DNA of 64,000 nt from an uncultured bacterium (GCA_963827235.1 CAWHAE010000009.1:672001-736000); one strand, 5' to 3'; shown: positions 50,444 to 60,379, counted from the stretch's first letter. Notes: a model not told the origin generated them from the sequence alone. Numbers and translations: made by a program.

Positions 50444-52888
50444 TCACAGGGGACAGCTCTCCTTGAACTGTTCGAATAGCCAATCGTCGCCCCGCGTGCG
50501 GCGTCCGGCCAGGGCCGCGCGCCGCTGCCAGACGTCGCTCTCCACGGCATGCGCCAGGGCCTGACCGAAGTCGGAGCTCTTTTGCATCTCGGAGGCGACG
50601 CGCGCGATGCGGTCCTGGCTGAAGTGCAGCAGCGCCACCCGCAGCACGTTGTGCGTGACAATGCCCGGCTTGAGCTTGAGCGGGTTGACGGTGCGGAAGT
50701 AGTGCAGCACGGTGACGTCCGGCACCACCCACACTTCGTAGCCCAACAGCCAGTAGCGGACGCAGAGCTCCATGTCTTCCGAGCCCCACTGTGCCATCCC
50801 TTCGTCGAACCCACCGGCATCGTCCAGAGTCTCACGTCGCATGGCCATGAACCCTCCTCCCAGCGCGGGCACCGGATGAGGCTCGTGCTGCTGCCAGGGC
50901 AGCCATTCCAAGCGCAGATTCAGCTCCGCGATGCGCTGGCCGCAGGCCGCCGGGTACTCTGGCTTGCCCATGACGCCGATCGCCGGGCCCACCACGCCCA
51001 CGCGCGGTAGGTTGAGCGTGGCTACGATCGGCTCCCACCATCGCGCCGGGAGGTCGATGTGCGCATCGGCGAACACGATCACCTCACCGCGCGCCTCCGC
51101 CAGGCCGCGGTTACGCGCCCCAGCCACGCCCAAAGGTTTTGGCGCCCGGATGAGCGACACGCGCGGGTGTGGCTGCTCGATCAGGAAGTCAGCGCTGCCG
51201 TCGATCGACCCGTTGTCGACCACGATGATCTCGCCGTCGGCCGGGATGGTCGCTTCGAACTGCTCGACCGTCCGCTGAAGCAGCACCGACTCGTTCAACG
51301 CCGGCAGGATGACGCTGATGCTAGCCGGGTGCGTGCGCCTGAACAGGCCCGCTGCTGCCTCGTCCGGCAGTGGCGTGGGGGCGGGAATGACGAAGAACGG
51401 TGGCGGGAACGGGATCTCTTCCTCGCGTTGCGGCGCGGGCTCAGTGCTCAGATACTCGAAGACGAGCCGGGCATAGTCGCTGTTCCAGCGTGGATTGAGC
51501 GTGATGCAGCCCTGCCGGACCTGCCCTTGAGAAGCTTGCTCCCGCACATGCGCCGCGATCTGTTCGCGCTCGCGGCCGCTTTGCCCATAGGCACTCAGAT
51601 GGTACGAGCCGGTCCCGGCCCAGCGATAGATATAGAAGATGTCCTCCGGCTTTACCCGCCGGCTCGCGGTAGCTCCCGTGCGCGCCTCCTCGCATCGCCA
51701 CTCGAATCCGGAGTCATAGCCGTTGTCGAGGTGGGGATAACCCTGTGCTTCGACGAAGAGCGCGCGCGTCCAGCAGCTTGCGCCGTGAAAGACGTTGTGC
51801 TCCGGACCGCTCAGCTTCCCGTCGTTCCAGAACCAGGCCCGGTCGGACTTGAGGAACCCTCGTTTCTCGTCGAGATGTGCCACCGAGAAGGACAACCGGT
51901 GGGGGAGATAGATGTCGTCGTCGTGCCAGACGAAGATCAGATCGTGCGATGCGAGCGCCGCCGCTGCCTTGTACTTCTCACCCACGGAGTGAAAGCGCCC
52001 GGGCACATTGATCACCTGCACGTCGGGATGGTCGAATGCCAGCGTCTGCTGGTCGTAGTCGTTGAGGACGATCAGCTCCTTCCGGCCCGGGTAATCCTGC
52101 AGCAAGAAGGAGTGGATTGCTTCTTCCAGCAGATCCACCCGCCCGTACGTGGGGCAGATGCAGCTCACGGGCGGCGGATCGGATAGCCGCGCCGCCCAGT
52201 CGCTCGGCGCAGTCTCCGCATCGCTCCGCGCTACAGGCACCTCCTGCCTCGCCGTGTCTGTATGGCCGCCGCTCAGGCGCCGGACGACCTGTTGCACAGC
52301 AGGATCCTGTACCGCCTGCTCGAATGCCCGCGCATAGGTCTCCGGCTCCGTCGCGGCGACCGGGATCACCACCGGCGTATCCTGCGCTTCGTCGTCCTGG
52401 GAATACGGCACGATGGTGCAGAACGGCTCGCCAGCGGTAAAGCGGACCGTGTGGTGGGGGCGGGTGAGCTTCCAATGGACCACGATCGTGCCGGGGAGCG
52501 CGGACGTATCGGCCATGCTCTCCAGCGGGTACAGGCCATCCTTGGGCGCGTTGATTGGACCGCGTACCCACAGCAGCTGCTTCTCCCCGGTCTGTATCTG
52601 GTAACCGGTATGGAAGCTCAGGATGCCGTCACCAAGCTGGCTGCGCACGAAGCCGGGCGTCTCATCCGTCGTCTGATCGAATCGAATCTCGACGTCGGCG
52701 GCCCGCGAGCCGCCATTCCAGGTCGCCTCAAAGGCCCGAGGGCAGCAGAGCTGCCAGCCGAGGCCGTTCACGCGCCGCCATGCCGGGTTGGCCTGCAGGT
52801 CCTCGTTACCCGTGGCCCACTCCCGCTCCTCGGAGGGCGCTTGCAGGCCGGCCGCCTGTTCGGACAACGCATAGGCTTTGATGGTCAT
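50444..52888 (-). CDS. DUF6065 + GT2 + GT-A (ppGalNAc-T-like) three-domain glycosyltransferase
   Basis: N-terminal GWQLCCP..F.ATWNGG/GP.N.PKDG/GEPFC (DUF6065 pattern); central GT2 with HDDDIY; C-terminal FADAH, WGSED, LHYFR. Confidence 0.88.
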   Translation of the reverse strand: MTIKAYALSEQAAGLQAPSEEREWATGNEDLQANPAWRRVNGLGWQLCCPRAFEATWNGGSRAADVEIRFDQTTDETPGFVRSQLGDGILSFHTGYQIQTGEKQLLWVRGPINAPKDGLYPLESMADTSALPGTIVVHWKLTRPHHTVRFTAGEPFCTIVPYSQDDEAQDTPVVIPVAATEPETYARAFEQAVQDPAVQQVVRRLSGGHTDTARQEVPVARSDAETAPSDWAARLSDPPPVSCICPTYGRVDLLEEAIHSFLLQDYPGRKELIVLNDYDQQTLAFDHPDVQVINVPGRFHSVGEKYKAAAALASHDLIFVWHDDDIYLPHRLSFSVAHLDEKRGFLKSDRAWFWNDGKLSGPEHNVFHGASCWTRALFVEAQGYPHLDNGYDSGFEWRCEEARTGATASRRVKPEDIFYIYRWAGTGSYHLSAYGQSGREREQIAAHVREQASQGQVRQGCITLNPRWNSDYARLVFEYLSTEPAPQREEEIPFPPPFFVIPAPTPLPDEAAAGLFRRTHPASISVILPALNESVLLQRTVEQFEATIPADGEIIVVDNGSIDGSADFLIEQPHPRVSLIRAPKPLGVAGARNRGLAEARGEVIVFADAHIDLPARWWEPIVATLNLPRVGVVGPAIGVMGKPEYPAACGQRIAELNLRLEWLPWQQHEPHPVPALGGGFMAMRRETLDDAGGFDEGMAQWGSEDMELCVRYWLLGYEVWVVPDVTVLHYFRTVNPLKLKPGIVTHNVLRVALLHFSQDRIARVASEMQKSSDFGQALAHAVESDVWQRRAALAGRRTRGDDWLFEQFKESCPL

Positions 52889-53065
52889 CGCCGGGCTGGC
52901 TCCCATATGCAGTTGCAGGCCGCAAGCGCACCTCCGCGAGGTGCCGGGCCGAGAACAGAGCAGGGGAAGTGAGCAACCCACCGGCCTTTGCCCTGCCGAC
53001 TGCGTTGCTCTCGGAGCATAGCATATCGTGAGCGATGTGCTCAACAGGTACGGCTGCCCGGGGGG

Positions 53066-53623
53066 TCAGCTCGTGCCGTGCTCCGCTTCCCAGGTCCTCG
53101 GCGGCCCGATGGTGGCACCCTTCGGCCCAAATCGCTCGACGTACCGGCCATGCACGGCATGCCAACCCTCGCCGGGTTTCCACGATGCCGTACCGGCGAG
53201 GTGCATCTCGAGACCATCCAGGCAGTCGTGCCAGCCGGCGGCGTCCCGAGCGGCTTTGCCTTGCTCGTCGAATGTGTCGAGCAGCGTCAGCACGCAGCCC
53301 TGCCCCTCCGGCATAACCTCCAGGCGAATGGTGTCGGTTCCCCAGCGGAACTCGATCACGGATGGCGGCTCGCAGGCAAGCACCTCGCCCTCGAAGTCGC
53401 CGTACTTGGAGATGAATCGCAGCGGCGCGCCGGCGACCCACGAGCCGACGACGTGTTGCGGAAACCAGGCGTCGAGATGCTTGGATTCGGTGAGAGCGCG
53501 CCAAACCTTCTCCGTAGGGTAGGTCAAGCGGCGGGTAAATCGCAGTCGCCAACGCGCTCCGGCCGGCTCGAGCACGCCGTCCCTGTCGTCGCTTCCCCCG
53601 GCCTCCGGCTCGCGATCATTCAT
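53066..53623 (-). CDS. SRPBCC/Aha1-like domain protein
   Basis: LRFTRRL...EKVWRALT...L.AWFP, AAGWH.CLD.L. Confidence 0.88.
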   Translation of the reverse strand: MNDREPEAGGSDDRDGVLEPAGARWRLRFTRRLTYPTEKVWRALTESKHLDAWFPQHVVGSWVAGAPLRFISKYGDFEGEVLACEPPSVIEFRWGTDTIRLEVMPEGQGCVLTLLDTFDEQGKAARDAAGWHDCLDGLEMHLAGTASWKPGEGWHAVHGRYVERFGPKGATIGPPRTWEAEHGTS

Positions 53624-53930
53624 CGTCGTCCATCTCCTTCAGGTGACGCTCGAGGTCGTCGAGGCCGAGGCCCCAGAGGACTCGGTATGGTGCCAGCCAG
53701 TCGTCGATCTCGCGAAGCGCTGCCGGGCGCAGGCGATAAAGGCGCCGTTGAGCATCGACTCGCGCCTCGACCAGCCCGGCTTCGCGCAGCACGCGGAGGT
53801 GCTTGGAAACGGCCGGCTGGCTCACGGTCAGTCCCTCGACCAGATCACCGACCGGCCGCTCTCCAGCCCGGAGCAGATCCAGGATCCGCCGCCGATTGGG
53901 CTCTGCCAGTACCGCGAACGCCGTGTTCAT
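53616..53930 (-). CDS. ArsR/SmtB family regulator
   Basis: FAVLAEPNRRRIL, SQPAVSKHLRVLREAGLV; overlaps the downstream SRPBCC start. Confidence 0.92.
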   Translation of the reverse strand: MNTAFAVLAEPNRRRILDLLRAGERPVGDLVEGLTVSQPAVSKHLRVLREAGLVEARVDAQRRLYRLRPAALREIDDWLAPYRVLWGLGLDDLERHLKEMDDDE

Positions 53931-54290
53931 GGCTATTATGTTCCTCTATAGATATATAATTGTCAAAACATATATCGGGAGGCCGTTCGCGGTCGGGCGC
54001 GGTAGCCTCGATGCGGGTGCCGTCATGGGCCGGTGTGGAAAACCAGTGGCTGCAGTGGGTCGATGTACCATAGGCAGTATGGCGCGCCCGCGCGCACGGT
54101 GGCCGGGACTGCTCGTTCGCCGGCACGTGCCGTGTTCTTCGCTACCGGCCGCGCGGCCGGCCCGGTGCCGGCTGCATGACGCCACGGGCGGGCCCATGGC
54201 TCACTGCTTTGAGGTGAGGCATGAGAGAGGCTTCCTGCTTCCCAAGGAGGAGCGCTTTCGACTGCCTCGTGAACAGATGTGGAGTACGAC

Positions 54291-55055
54291 ATGATCGAAG
54301 CCCCTGCCGGCGACCGCTTCCTGGCCTGGGAAGGCTGCTGTAACATCCGCGACCTGGGCGGACTGGCCGCGGCGGACGGTACCAGGATCAGACGCGGCGC
54401 TCTCGTGAGGTCCGATAGCCCTTGCCGGTTGACCGCGGCCGGCCGGGCGGCGCTCGTGGCGCACGGCGTTCGCACGGTGCTCGACTTGCGCGCCAGCGAC
54501 GAGCTGGCGCGGCTGCCCAACCCGTTCGCCGTGCAGACGGCCGAGGAGGGCTGGCCGTGCTTCGTACACGTGCCGCTGTTCGAGATGAGCGATACCGCGA
54601 CGGTCGCGGCGCTGGACGAGGATCGGGATCAGTACGGCCCCAACAAGGCGCTGCTCGACCGCTGCGGCTCCGCAGTCGCCGCAGCGCTGCGCGCCATCGT
54701 CGCGGCACCGGAGGGAGGCGTGCTTGTACATTGTTTTGCCGGCAAGGATCGCACCGGCCTGGTGGTCGCCCTGACACTGGCCGTGTCGGGAGTAGCGGCG
54801 GAGACGATAGCCGCCGACTACGCGCTGAGCGATGCCTACCTGAAGCCCATTTACGAGGAGATGCTCGCAGAATGCGACGGCGACGAGGAGGCGATCGCCA
54901 GGATGACGCTCCGCTTCCGCTCCGATCCCGCCGTCATGCTGCGGACGCTGGCGTATCTGGATTGGAAGCACGGCGGGCCCGAGGGCTACCTGCGCGGTTT
55001 CGGGCTCACGACGGGCGATCTGGCCGCCCTGCGCCGGCGCGTTCTGGAAGCGTAG
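54291..55055 (+). CDS. Tyrosine/lipid phosphatase family protein (PtpB-like)
   Basis: NIRDLGG, DLR...E, HCFAGKDRTG, DYALS. Confidence 0.92.
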   Translation: MIEAPAGDRFLAWEGCCNIRDLGGLAAADGTRIRRGALVRSDSPCRLTAAGRAALVAHGVRTVLDLRASDELARLPNPFAVQTAEEGWPCFVHVPLFEMSDTATVAALDEDRDQYGPNKALLDRCGSAVAAALRAIVAAPEGGVLVHCFAGKDRTGLVVALTLAVSGVAAETIAADYALSDAYLKPIYEEMLAECDGDEEAIARMTLRFRSDPAVMLRTLAYLDWKHGGPEGYLRGFGLTTGDLAALRRRVLEA

Positions 55056-56601
55056 CGGCAAGCTCGGGCGTGCCGCCGCCGGTCATGAGGATGCCCAGCT
55101 TCTCTTCCGTGGCTTCCTCCGCGGTGAACTCGCCCATGATATGGCCCTCGTAGATCACGATGATGCGATCCGAGAGGGCGAAGATCTCCTCGAGCTCGGC
55201 GGAGACCAGCAAAATGGCCACGCCGCGGTCGCGTTCGGCCAGAATGCGCTCGTGCACGAACTGGATGGCGCCGATGTCGAGGCCGCGCGTCGGCTGTGCG
55301 GCGATGAGCAGACGAGGCGCGCAGTCGATCTCGCGGGCGAGCACGAGCTTTTGCTGATTGCCGCCGGACAGCGAGCGGACGGGCGTCTCGGGATCGGCGC
55401 CCCTGATGTCGAAACGCTCTACCAGCCGCCGTGCACGCGTGATGATCTGGCCGGGACGCAGCACACGACCGCCGGTCACCTCGCGCTTGTCCTGTACGCC
55501 GAGAATGAGGTTGTTGGCGACCGAATAGTCCAGGATCAGGCCGCGCGCATGGCGATCTTCGGGAATCGAGGCCAGGCCAAGGTCGCGGCAAAGGCGCGGG
55601 CTCTTGTTCGCGATCTCGTGACCGAGCAGGGTGATGTGGCCGCCGGTGGCATGGCGCAGACCGGTGATCACGTCTACGAGCTCGCTCTGGCCGTTCCCTT
55701 CCACACCGGCCACGCCCAGCACTTCGCCAGCGTGCACGGTGAAGTTGAGGCCCTTCAGCGCGCTGAGGCCGCGATCGGACGAGCAGTGCAGGTCGCTGAC
55801 CTCGAGCACGGCCTCCGCCGGATGCCCGGTGCCGCGCACGACCTGGGGCAGCACGTCGCGTCCCACCATCAGCTTGGAGATCTCCTCGCGCGACGTCGCC
55901 GTCTTTTCGAGCGTGGCAACTTTCCTGCCGCGCCGCAACACCGAAATCTGGTCCGCAACGGCCATTACCTCGCGCAGCTTGTGGCTGATGAAGAGAATTG
56001 TCTTGTCCTGCCGCACCAGGTCGCGCAGCACGACGAAGAGCTCGTCGGTCTCCTGCGGCGTCAGCACGGCAGTCGGCTCGTCGAGGATGAGGATCTCCGC
56101 GCCACGGTACAGCGTCTTGAGGATCTCGACACGCTGCTGCAACCCGACCGGCAAGCTGCCGACCTTCGCGGTAGGCTCGACCTTGAGGCCGAAACGGTCG
56201 CAGAGCTCCACCACGCGGCTGATCGCTTCCCGCTTGGGAAACACCGCCACGGCAGGCGGCTCCGCACCCAGTACCACGTTCTCGGCCACGGTGAGCGGCG
56301 GTATCAGCATGAAATGCTGGTGCACCATGCCGATGCCGTGCTTGATGGCATCGCCCGGGCCGCGCAGCGTGACCTTGTGGCCATTGATCGCGATCTCGCC
56401 GCTGTCAGCGACGTACAGGCCGTAGAGCATGTTCATCAGCGTGCTCTTGCCGGCACCGTTTTCGCCGACCAGGGCATGGATGCTGCCCCGTTGTACGACG
56501 AGGTCGATGTTGTCGTCGGCCACCAGGGACCCGAAGGTCTTGGTGATGCCGCGCATCTCCACGGCCGGCGGCGTACCCGAGGCGCTACTTGGCTGGATCA
56601 T
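55006..56601 (-). CDS. Nucleoside/sugar ABC transporter ATP-binding protein (NupA/YufO-like)
   Basis: GENGAGKS, GMVHQHFML, DEPTAVLTPQE, LSGGNQQK. Confidence 0.95.
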   Translation of the reverse strand: MIQPSSASGTPPAVEMRGITKTFGSLVADDNIDLVVQRGSIHALVGENGAGKSTLMNMLYGLYVADSGEIAINGHKVTLRGPGDAIKHGIGMVHQHFMLIPPLTVAENVVLGAEPPAVAVFPKREAISRVVELCDRFGLKVEPTAKVGSLPVGLQQRVEILKTLYRGAEILILDEPTAVLTPQETDELFVVLRDLVRQDKTILFISHKLREVMAVADQISVLRRGRKVATLEKTATSREEISKLMVGRDVLPQVVRGTGHPAEAVLEVSDLHCSSDRGLSALKGLNFTVHAGEVLGVAGVEGNGQSELVDVITGLRHATGGHITLLGHEIANKSPRLCRDLGLASIPEDRHARGLILDYSVANNLILGVQDKREVTGGRVLRPGQIITRARRLVERFDIRGADPETPVRSLSGGNQQKLVLAREIDCAPRLLIAAQPTRGLDIGAIQFVHERILAERDRGVAILLVSAELEEIFALSDRIIVIYEGHIMGEFTAEEATEEKLGILMTGGGTPELAATLPERAGAGRPDRPS

Positions 56602-57511
56602 AGGGCACTCCATCGGCAGCGGGCGAAACCGCGCGGCCGACAAACCCGGCCACCGCGATCAGCGTGATCAGGTAGGGCGCGATCTGCACGAGGTTCCCGG
56701 CAAAGCTTGGCTGCACCACGAGCCCGGACGTCTGGATCTGCTGGCCGAAGCCGAAGAGCAAGCAGGCGGCGAGCGCGCCGAGCGGCGTCCATTTGCCCAC
56801 GATCATAGCGGCAAGCGCGATGAACCCAGCGCCGGCCGTCATGTCGAAGTTGAAGTCGTCGTTGGGACCAAGCGACAGGTAGGCGCCCCCGAGCCCCGCC
56901 AGGGCGCCGCTCAGCGTTACGCACAGGTACCGGAGGGCGAACACGTTGATGCCGACGGTCTCGGCTGCCCTCGGCTGCTCGCCTACGGCGCGGATGCGCA
57001 GCCCCAGCGTCGTGCTGAACAGCAGCACGTTCGTGGCCACGACCAGGAACAGCATGATGTAGACGATGATGTTCTGCTGGCCGAGCACCGGCCCAACACC
57101 GGGGATCGCCGAGAGCCCGGGAATCTTGACGTCCGGCACCCCCGGCATATTGGAGAAGCCGTTCGCGGCGTACGTGGCGTAGAGGAAGCTGGTCAGTCCT
57201 GTACCGATCAGATTGATGGCCACGCCGCTGATGATCTGGTCCGCGCGAAAGGTGATCGCGACGACGCCGTGGACGAAGGCGACGAGGGCGCCGAACAGGA
57301 TGGCGGCCAGCAGGCCGAGCCAGGGACTGCCGGTGCTGAACGAGAGCCAGGCGCCGAAGAAGGCGCCGACCAGCATGATCCCTTCAAGCCCGATGTTGAC
57401 AACTCCCGAGCGCTCCGTGATCACGCCGCCCAGCGCAGCCAGCGCCAACGGCGTCGCGGTGCGGAGAATGCCCGCGTAGAAGTCGCTGTACGTCAGAACC
57501 GTCCAGTCCAT
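56585..57511 (-). CDS. Nucleoside ABC transporter permease
   Basis: ERSGVVNIGLEG, GLRIRAVGE.P.AA, GFIALAA. Confidence 0.93.
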   Translation of the reverse strand: MDWTVLTYSDFYAGILRTATPLALAALGGVITERSGVVNIGLEGIMLVGAFFGAWLSFSTGSPWLGLLAAILFGALVAFVHGVVAITFRADQIISGVAINLIGTGLTSFLYATYAANGFSNMPGVPDVKIPGLSAIPGVGPVLGQQNIIVYIMLFLVVATNVLLFSTTLGLRIRAVGEQPRAAETVGINVFALRYLCVTLSGALAGLGGAYLSLGPNDDFNFDMTAGAGFIALAAMIVGKWTPLGALAACLLFGFGQQIQTSGLVVQPSFAGNLVQIAPYLITLIAVAGFVGRAVSPAADGVPYDPAK

Positions 57512-57566
57512 GTACCTTCCTCGTCCAGCAGCTTGGCGCCGCTCGCTTCCGGCGTCTCCCGCCTAC

Positions 57567-59060
57567 TCAGCTGCCACCGATGGGCAGTGGCACAAGATAC
57601 TTGTTGATTGTCATGCCCAGGGCCAGGCACACGACGCAGTATGCGAGCACCAGAACGACGCCTCGTGTCGGCCTGCGCTGGCTCACGATATACAGCGCGG
57701 CGAATGCAAACGCGATGCCCGAGAAGGCGTAATGGCTGAACAGGATCGAGCCGGTAGCGAGCACGACAGAGAGCACCGCCAGGCCTCGCCAAGCCTGTGC
57801 GGCAGCGGCGACGGGAGTCTCGGCGGCGGTCGCATCCGTTCCGGCATTGCCGCCGGCGACGACGACGAGTCGCCTTCGCCGCGCCAGGAGCTTGCGCACC
57901 ACGAGATCCAGCGCGACGAACAGTACGATGATGCCCTGCAAGAGCTGGGTCATGTAGGCGTTCACGTGTCCCAGGCTCTGCATGTCGTTGCTGCCCGTGT
58001 GCAGCCCGGCGATGAGCAGTGCGGAGAGCACGATGCCGATCGGGTTGCCCTTGCCAAGCAGGGCGATCGTGATGCCGTCGAAGCCCCATCCCGGCGTGGA
58101 GCTGCTCTGGAACTGGAAGGCACCGCTGCCTGTGGGATCGGAAACGGCCACGCCGCCGGCCAGACCGGCCAGCGCTCCGGCAATGGCCATGGCCTGCACG
58201 ATCCGGTGCTTGACCGGGATACCGCCGTAGGCGGCCGCGCCGGCGTTGAGTCCCACGGCACGGATCTCGTAGCCCAGACTGGTGCGGGATATCACCAGCC
58301 AGTAGAGCACGACGGCGGCAATCGCGAGGTAGATTCCGGCGTGTATGGTGCTGCTGCTGCCGAGCCAGCTGAGGAGCGGCAGCCTGCCGCCGTCGCCGAT
58401 CTGCTCGCTGACCGCTTGGCCCTGCGCCTTGGCGGAGTTCATCGGACCGCCGATGGTGACCATGGACGTCGTGCCGTAGATTGCGATCCAGTTGAGCATG
58501 ATCGTGCTGATCACTTCGTGAGCGCCGCGGTATGCCTTCAGATAGCCGGCGATGCCGCCCCAGACCAGGCCCGCCAATACCGACGAGAGGAGAACGAGCG
58601 GCAGCAGAACTACGGCGGGCGCCGAGGCGAAGGTGACGCCCGCCCAGGCGGCGGCGATCGCCCCCACGAATACCTGGCCCTCACCTCCAATGTTGAAGAG
58701 GCCGCCGCGAAAGGCGAACGCTACGGCGAGACCCGTGAAGACGAGCGGGATGGCCTGGTCGACCGTGGCCGAGACGGTGCTCAGATCCGGCGCACCGAGA
58801 GCGCCGGTAAACAGGCTGGCAAAGGCATTGAAGGGGTAGTTCAGGATCTGACCGAGCGCATAGAGGGTCAGTCCGTGCTTGCCGATCACTCCAAACGGAT
58901 TGGCATTCGTGGCGATTATCAGCAGCGATCCGGCAAGCACGGCACACCCGAGCGTAATGCTGGTAACGGCGCTCTCGGTCACGAGCCGCCGCGCGACCCT
59001 GGCCCACATGCCGGTGCGGCCTTCTGTTCCGTCCTGCTGGGAGCTCAGTGCTACCGCCAA
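57567..59060 (-). CDS. Nucleoside ABC transporter permease
   Basis: GLFNIGGEGQ, HEVISTIMLNW, GFDGITIALLG. Confidence 0.93.
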   Translation of the reverse strand: MAVALSSQQDGTEGRTGMWARVARRLVTESAVTSITLGCAVLAGSLLIIATNANPFGVIGKHGLTLYALGQILNYPFNAFASLFTGALGAPDLSTVSATVDQAIPLVFTGLAVAFAFRGGLFNIGGEGQVFVGAIAAAWAGVTFASAPAVVLLPLVLLSSVLAGLVWGGIAGYLKAYRGAHEVISTIMLNWIAIYGTTSMVTIGGPMNSAKAQGQAVSEQIGDGGRLPLLSWLGSSSTIHAGIYLAIAAVVLYWLVISRTSLGYEIRAVGLNAGAAAYGGIPVKHRIVQAMAIAGALAGLAGGVAVSDPTGSGAFQFQSSSTPGWGFDGITIALLGKGNPIGIVLSALLIAGLHTGSNDMQSLGHVNAYMTQLLQGIIVLFVALDLVVRKLLARRRRLVVVAGGNAGTDATAAETPVAAAAQAWRGLAVLSVVLATGSILFSHYAFSGIAFAFAALYIVSQRRPTRGVVLVLAYCVVCLALGMTINKYLVPLPIGGS

Positions 59061-59262
59061 ACGCTATTCCCCAATCTTACGCAGACGAGGCGCATCCGCG
59101 CGACGACTCAGTTGAACCGCGGCCAGCAAGCACGACTCTGATACAGCAGTACCAGATCCAGTGTTGATGATACCCACCGGCGCCGAGCACACAAGCAAGC
59201 CGGAGATTCTTCCCTACCCGCTGCCGTCACCCTATGTGCCGGGTGCTAGGTCAGAGCGATTG

Positions 59263-59299
59263 GCTGCCCGGGAGCGCGACTGCCGCGCTCCCGGGCAGC
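59263..59299 (-). terminator. GC-rich hairpin after the BMP gene
   Basis: GCTGCCCGGGAGCGCG...CGCGCTCCCGGGCAGC. Confidence 0.6.
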
Positions 59300-59308
59300 G
59301 GTTGACGG

Positions 59309-60379
59309 CTAGCCGAGGTTCTTGGGGATGATCGTCGTGGGAACGATCTTGCCCGAGGCGATCTGGGCTGCCGCGGCCTGCACAAGCTTGACGATATTCG
59401 CGGGCACCATGGTGCCTATCGTACCGTAGCCGGTGGCCTGGTTCTTCAGCGTGAAGAGGTTGTCGCCACCCTTGAACTGGCCCTTATTGACGGCGCCGAT
59501 TTCCAGGTAGACTGCCTTGTCGACCTTCTTGACGGCGCTGGTCATGATATAGGAGCCGAGGAAGTGCTGGTCGGCGTCCACGCCGATACCGTAGAGGCCC
59601 TTTTGCTCTGCTGCTTTGAGATAGCTGTTGCCTGCTCCGCCGGCCACGGCGAAGAGGATGTCTGCACCGGCGGCAACCTGGCCAAGGCCGATGTTCAGCG
59701 CCTTCTGCGTGCTGGTGAAGTCGCCGCAGTAGCCCAGCTTGATCTTGATACCGGGATCGGCAGCCCGAGCGCCCTCGACATAGCCCGCGATGTAGCGGTT
59801 GACCGGAGGAATGGAGACGCCGCCCATGGTGCCGATGATGCCGTGCGTGGCAACGCCAACCTTGTTCTTCTCCATCAGGCCGGACATATAGCCGACGAGG
59901 TAGCCGGATTCCTGCTCGCGGAAGAAGAGGTTGGCGACGTTCGGAAGATTGACCGTGTTGCCCTTGGGATCGGTGGGCGCACCGTCAATCAGGGCGAACT
60001 TCACGTTGGGGTAGGCCTTCGCCACCTTGTACATGGCGTTTTGCATGAGGAAGCCGACGCCGATTACCAGGCCGTAGTTCTGGCGGGCGAACGTGGCCAG
60101 GTTCTGGTAGTAGACCGCGTCGGATATCTGCTGGCTCACGACATAGGAGAAGGGAACGCCATACGCCTTTTGTGCCTGTTGAGCCCCCTCGTACGCAAGC
60201 TGGTTGAAGCTCTTGTCGTTAAGTCCGCCGGTATCGAGGACCAGCCCAACCTTCAGCGTAGAGGCGGACTGTACGGCCGTTGCATTCGCGACAACGTTGT
60301 GCGAAGGGAGCATCATCGCCGTCAGAGACAACGCGGTGATTGCCGCTGCGATGACTCGGCGCGTGACTAGCCGATGCAT
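59309..60379 (-). CDS. BMP family nucleoside-binding ABC substrate-binding protein
   Basis: GGLNDKSFNQ, F.EQESGYLVG, IGVDADQ, SAVKKVD. Confidence 0.94.
   Translation of the reverse strand: MHRLVTRRVIAAAITALSLTAMMLPSHNVVANATAVQSASTLKVGLVLDTGGLNDKSFNQLAYEGAQQAQKAYGVPFSYVVSQQISDAVYYQNLATFARQNYGLVIGVGFLMQNAMYKVAKAYPNVKFALIDGAPTDPKGNTVNLPNVANLFFREQESGYLVGYMSGLMEKNKVGVATHGIIGTMGGVSIPPVNRYIAGYVEGARAADPGIKIKLGYCGDFTSTQKALNIGLGQVAAGADILFAVAGGAGNSYLKAAEQKGLYGIGVDADQHFLGSYIMTSAVKKVDKAVYLEIGAVNKGQFKGGDNLFTLKNQATGYGTIGTMVPANIVKLVQAAAAQIASGKIVPTTIIPKNLG

Noticed and set aside
54235-54275. SAH riboswitch (GAGGAGCGCT)
   Set aside because: The rest of the consensus and the pseudoknot partner are missing, and the downstream gene is unrelated.
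55006-55055. Convergent 50-bp overlap of the phosphatase and ABC ATPase genes
   Set aside because: Short 3' overlaps are common in high-GC genomes.
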